Positions 55,133 through 59,683 of a stretch of DNA of 59,683 bases are shown in pieces. Every line of letters starts with the position of its first letter. Within the stretch, counting starts at the first letter, position 1. A program made the translations under genes and the position numbers. Under the pieces are notes generated by a model that saw only the letters and a list, made by a program, of their open reading frames with translations, had not been told where the DNA came from and searched no databases. The DNA comes from a virus. Its lineage: Duplodnaviria > Caudoviricetes. The DNA lies in the IMG/VR virus record IMGVR_UViG_3300030106_002282, positions 1-59,683 of that record; one strand, given 5' to 3'.

Positions 55133-57605
55133 CTATGGTGCTATCTTTGACTATATCTTTAGCTATGTCAACACCTTTTATAAAATCTTCTACAGCTTTT
55201 TTGTCTTTTAGCTGTTCATTTTCTAGCAAATCGCTAGCAATTTGCTGTCCTATTTTAGCTCCTGCTATTTCTGTTTGAGTAGATATTCTTTCTTTTTCAA
55301 TAGCATCTCGATTAGCAGCTTTAGCTGAATCCAACTGTAATCTAGCTTCATCTTCTCTAGCTTTGCGTTGAACCTCGGCTTCTTTGACAGCAATTTCTCT
55401 TTCTTTAATTTGTATCAATGGGTCTTGTTGTTGAGCTTGTATTCTCTCTTGTTCTGCTCTTTGTTGTGATGTTCCTAAGACTCGTTTGGCTGCTTCAGCC
55501 ACTAGACTAGAAATACGTTTTTCAACATCTGCAGGTAGCGGTTCACCTTCTGGCGGTAACTCAACACCCATTTCAGTTTCGATTTCTTTTCTATACTTCA
55601 TAGTTAAATGCTCATTAACATAAGCTGAAGCTGCAGCTAGTATGCTTGGAGCATTTGGACTTTGTTGTAATGTAGCTGCAATTTCTGGATTTTCTTGAGC
55701 TGCTGCTATAGTTTCTATATGTGCTTCGTGGTCTTGTTGTATAAATGCTTTAACAGGAGTGCCATTGATTAAGTTTTGAACTGCAGTCACTGGGTCAACT
55801 GGTTTGATATCTTCATTATCTGGAATAATTTCATCAACATTATCAATACCTAAGACTTCTAGCATTTGTCTGTGTAATTCAGGCAAGTTATACATATCAG
55901 GTGATGCTTGTGCTAATTGCATAGCAGCTTGATACTGCATAATTCTTTGTGCCATTGTTGCAGCATTAGGGTCAGAAACAGGTATAACATCTACTCTTTC
56001 ATCAAAGTCATCCTTTTTAATAAATTCTTCTTCGTCTGTTTCATAAGGATAACTTGGGTCAGTAAAGTCTTTAACTATGCCAACCAATATATTTAATTCT
56101 TTTTTCATGGCTGCATGAAGCCTTGCTTGTACTGCAGACATTACTTTTTGATTTCTTTCTAACAAAGCTAAAGTAGTGCCTACTGGAGCTTGATTATTCA
56201 TATCAGATATCTTCATATCTGAAATACTAGCGAAACGTCTGCCTTCTTCTACTATGTTTTGTAATAGTTGATACAGGGTTCCTGACGGCTCTTTATAAGG
56301 TAAGAAAGTTATGTTGTCTCTTATAGCACCACCAGGTACATCAACATCTCGAAACTCACCAGGCATGATGGGGGTATCATCGCCTTTGATGCGTAAACCT
56401 CTTGCCTTCAAGCCGCCAGGAAGATTAGAAAGAGTTCCTGAATCAACTAATTGTCTAAGAATGGAAGTGGCAGATTTAGCTAAACCACCGACCATATGTA
56501 TTAAACCAAAACCATAAAAACCTAAACCAGGTAAATATTGGTAATGCACAAAATGCATACGTCTAATTTTTTTAGGGTCATCTTCGTAATAGTTTCTACG
56601 AATACTCAAAATATTACCGCTAGGATGGTCGATTGTGACCACATAAGGAATAGCAATACCTGTTTTTTGTCCTTTCGCATCAGTATCTTCAAAACCTTCT
56701 AGGTCTAAATCTACTTGCATTTCTAAAATTGTATGACTGCTATCGTAGTTGTAAGTGTCCTGTTCGCCTGTAATATCGTTGTATTTCTTCGTAATGTCAG
56801 AAATATTTTGTGCAGGCTCAGGTAATTCTATGTCTTTAAAAAAGCCATTTACTTGCATTTTTCTGACTTCATTAGATGATTTACGCATAACATGAGTGGC
56901 TCTTTGGCAAGTCTCTAAGTCACTAGCACCATAATTAACTACAACATCTTCAGCTGGTACAAAGATAGAACTAGGTCTATCTAAGCTTGGGTCAAAATAA
57001 ACTTTACGAAAAGCAGAACCTGCCAAAGGTAAAGAAAACAACATCTTTTCTGTCTCAGTGCGATACTCAGACATTTCATGTGTTAATAAATAATTTAAAT
57101 AATCTTGTACTCGCTGTGATTGTTTTTCTTTATCACTGGTCATTTTGCCAACTATTTTTGTTTTAACTGGACCTTGAGCAGGAAATATTTCAGTTATAGC
57201 CTGTGATTGAAATCGTATTACGGCTTCACTAAGCATGGGATGAAAAACACCACACGCTCCCGACCAAGGAGTTGTACGTTCTTCAATTTTTAATCCTAAT
57301 TGGTCTAAGCCTTTCGTATAGGTTTCTTCCCACTCTGAACGAGATTCTTTATCGCCATTGAATGAACTAATCAAGTCATTACCTAACTCTCTCAGTTTAT
57401 CCTCATCCATAAAGTCAGCTAGATTAGAATTAAAACCTTCATCGCCCATTGGCATAGCATCAGGGTCAAAATCTATAATCATACCTCCGTCATCGGTAGC
57501 AATAGCTACCGACTCAGGATTTTCAATGGAGATTGATAATTCTTCTTCAGTGTCTTGTTCTATAAGTCCGTCTACTGGGGTAGCTGGTCTGCGTTCTATT
57601 GCCAT
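55125..57605 (-). CDS. Portal protein
   Basis: 826 aa after terL; SR.EWE..Y, HP.L.EA..FQ, PGLGFYGFGL.H, APVGTTLALLE, C-terminal coiled coil. Confidence 0.88.
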   Translation of the reverse strand: MAIERRPATPVDGLIEQDTEEELSISIENPESVAIATDDGGMIIDFDPDAMPMGDEGFNSNLADFMDEDKLRELGNDLISSFNGDKESRSEWEETYTKGLDQLGLKIEERTTPWSGACGVFHPMLSEAVIRFQSQAITEIFPAQGPVKTKIVGKMTSDKEKQSQRVQDYLNYLLTHEMSEYRTETEKMLFSLPLAGSAFRKVYFDPSLDRPSSIFVPAEDVVVNYGASDLETCQRATHVMRKSSNEVRKMQVNGFFKDIELPEPAQNISDITKKYNDITGEQDTYNYDSSHTILEMQVDLDLEGFEDTDAKGQKTGIAIPYVVTIDHPSGNILSIRRNYYEDDPKKIRRMHFVHYQYLPGLGFYGFGLIHMVGGLAKSATSILRQLVDSGTLSNLPGGLKARGLRIKGDDTPIMPGEFRDVDVPGGAIRDNITFLPYKEPSGTLYQLLQNIVEEGRRFASISDMKISDMNNQAPVGTTLALLERNQKVMSAVQARLHAAMKKELNILVGIVKDFTDPSYPYETDEEEFIKKDDFDERVDVIPVSDPNAATMAQRIMQYQAAMQLAQASPDMYNLPELHRQMLEVLGIDNVDEIIPDNEDIKPVDPVTAVQNLINGTPVKAFIQQDHEAHIETIAAAQENPEIAATLQQSPNAPSILAAASAYVNEHLTMKYRKEIETEMGVELPPEGEPLPADVEKRISSLVAEAAKRVLGTSQQRAEQERIQAQQQDPLIQIKEREIAVKEAEVQRKAREDEARLQLDSAKAANRDAIEKERISTQTEIAGAKIGQQIASDLLENEQLKDKKAVEDFIKGVDIAKDIVKDSTIDE

Positions 57606-57611
57606 AATATA

Positions 57612-59108
57612 TTAGTAATAATTTGCGGTTCGGTTATGTTCCAAAGGCTCATCTTCTTCATCTGAGTGCAAAGGAATAAAACCTCCTTGTCTAAATCTTA
57701 ACAGAGCTTGCGTAGTGCTATCAACTAAATCGTCATGTTCCATATTAGGAAATCCCGCAAACTGTTCTATAACTTCTTCTGCCCAGCGAGTTTCAGGAGC
57801 ATGAACGATACCAGATGCAAATAAGTCGGATACTGCATTTACTCTAGATATCTTATCGTTGCCTCGACTGGGCGTATACTCTTGTACAGGAATACCCATA
57901 GCTCTCAATTCAAAGATTAAGGGCATACCTGCAGCTTTTGCTTCAACGATAAAAGCATCAGGAGAATAAGCTTTGTATTTTTCCATCGCCATTTTTTTTA
58001 AATCTGGAAACTCTAGACGTTCTTGATAGGCATCTAGCAGCATTACGTTGGGTACGACCATACCCTCATCATCTTCTTTGTAAAATACTCCCCAAGTGGT
58101 ACAAGCAGAGAAGTCAGCTCTTTGATTCTTCATAAAGGCTGTATCCCAAGATTGGATAACAAACTCGCATTGTGGGGGTTCTTTACCTTCCCAGACCTGC
58201 CACCAGTCTCGTTTAACCAATGCTCCTTCTTCAGAAGTAGGGTCTTGCTGGTATTGAGCCATCCATTTGCTGTTGGGTAATTCAGCTCGTAAAGCTTCGA
58301 GTTCATCCATTTTCCAGAACTCACCCCACAAAGGCTTACCCGAAGGCATTATTGCAGGTAGTTCTATGACTTCCCATTGGTCTGCACCACCACGTTTAAT
58401 GCTAGCATCAACCACTTGTCCTGTTAAATCTTTATTGTGCCATCTTGTCATCACGACTACGATTGCACCATTAGGCTGTAAACGCTGTCTAGGACCAGAG
58501 GTATACCACTCATAAGTCTTGTTAAAGACATTAATGTCGGCACTTGCACCTTCTTGTTCTGAATGGGGGTCATCGATTATCAATAAATCCGCACCTTTAC
58601 CAGTTACCGCACCACCAACACCTATCGCAAAGTAATCGCCACCTTGATTCGTATTCCAACGACCTGCTGCTTTGCTATCAGATTGCAAGCTAACATCTGG
58701 GAAAACTTGCTTAAAATCATTACTGTTTACTAGGTTTCTAACCTTTCGACCAAAACCGACAGCTAATTCTGCAGTATGAGCAGTCTGAATAATCTTCTTA
58801 TCTGGATATTTACCTAAGAACCACGCAGGGAGCAAATAAGAGGCGAACTCACTCTTGGTATGTCTAGGAGGCATATTAATAATTAAACGCTTTAAATCGC
58901 CTCTAGCGACCCTCTCGAAAGCCTCAGCCATTATTTCGTGATGATGACCATGAATAAAAGCGGACCACATCTCGCCAACAAAGTTTAAAAATTTTTTTTG
59001 GCAACTTTCTCTGGCTTTGGCTTGCTCTAATTCTTCTAACAAAGCTAATAATTCTTGTTGTTGGTCGCCAGATAAGTTCTTTACTTGGCTTAAAATAGAT
59101 TTATCCAT
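57612..59108 (-). CDS. terL: Terminase large subunit
   Basis: INMPPRHTKS, LLIIDDPH, MTRWH, YQQDP, SWDTA, HDDLVDS. Confidence 0.93.
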   Translation of the reverse strand: MDKSILSQVKNLSGDQQQELLALLEELEQAKARESCQKKFLNFVGEMWSAFIHGHHHEIMAEAFERVARGDLKRLIINMPPRHTKSEFASYLLPAWFLGKYPDKKIIQTAHTAELAVGFGRKVRNLVNSNDFKQVFPDVSLQSDSKAAGRWNTNQGGDYFAIGVGGAVTGKGADLLIIDDPHSEQEGASADINVFNKTYEWYTSGPRQRLQPNGAIVVVMTRWHNKDLTGQVVDASIKRGGADQWEVIELPAIMPSGKPLWGEFWKMDELEALRAELPNSKWMAQYQQDPTSEEGALVKRDWWQVWEGKEPPQCEFVIQSWDTAFMKNQRADFSACTTWGVFYKEDDEGMVVPNVMLLDAYQERLEFPDLKKMAMEKYKAYSPDAFIVEAKAAGMPLIFELRAMGIPVQEYTPSRGNDKISRVNAVSDLFASGIVHAPETRWAEEVIEQFAGFPNMEHDDLVDSTTQALLRFRQGGFIPLHSDEEDEPLEHNRTANYY

Positions 59109-59630
59109 GTTTTTTTAAGGCTTTTCGCCATAAAACGAAAAAAAGCAAGATTAAAGTAGGCTGAATAACCACAAATATCACTAAATTCGCTAAGTTATAA
59201 CCCATACCTGTGAAATTCCCAATAACTTGTAAAATATAGACACAGATATTAAAAGTTAAATCAATAAATTCTTGCATAAACTTAATATATACCTAATAAG
59301 TAGAAACCATATAAATTTAAAAACTTACTCAGTACCTAATGGTAGGCACTCACTAAGTATTTACTGGGTATTTGGTAGATACTAGGTATATATATCTACA
59401 GACTTTAACATAATGCACCCTCTTCACAAAAAAAGCAACAAAAAAATTGAAATATTATGGGGGGTACTAGGATTCCTACCCCTTTTCCTACAAAAAAACC
59501 TAAATAAAACCCTAAAATGCTAGCAAAATGCTATAAAAAAGGGGGGGTATTGAAAAAATAGGGGTTATAGTGAGCAAATCACTATGTATATATAGATAGT
59601 TAGGTAGTCGTACACATATAAGGGGGGTAC

Positions 59631-59682
59631 AGGGGTGTTCTTAGTGCGGGGAAACGATAGCTAAAAGGGGGGTCTTTCTAGG
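59631..59682. repeat. Terminal direct repeat, right copy
   Basis: Identical to 1-52. Confidence 0.95.
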
Positions 59683-59683
59683 G

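Noticed and set aside
1-59683. Prophage, integrase, tRNAs, introns or alternative genetic code
   Set aside because: None seen; standard-code ORFs tile the genome without interruptions

Overview
This window looks like a complete, circularly assembled AT-rich dsDNA tailed-phage genome of about 59.6 kb, with a 52-bp direct repeat at the two ends. It is probably podovirus-like and probably infects a Gram-negative host, since spanins are present; a marine origin is an inference from gene content. The + strand carries an early operon (~650-7055) and a middle recombination/DNA-modification operon (~10.9-18.6 kb). The - strand carries a primase-helicase and a long late region: terminases, portal, GroES, scaffold, capsid, tail, lysis genes and large ejection proteins. 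I saw no DNA polymerase, RNA polymerase, integrase, tRNA or CRISPR array. The most striking signal is non-coding and sits in the early operon, which encodes a MoxR-like AAA ATPase and a VWA-metallopeptidase. The operon begins with a ~300-nt pseudoknotted leader and is punctuated by four hammerhead ribozymes: two type I and two type III, one of them with two extra hairpins inserted in the core. Its first genes share an unusual ATGGAGGT ribosome-binding site. A candidate small RNA at ~7307-7400, transcribed beside a tandem DnaA-box array, displays the exact complement of that RBS. Also notable are a CsgF-CsgG-curlin-like-FecR-CHASE2/adenylate cyclase cassette inside the lysis module, a dispersed TCACYRGTGA palindrome, a modular polyvalent ejection protein, and apparent GATC avoidance. 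All calls were made by eye; no database searches or folding software were run.
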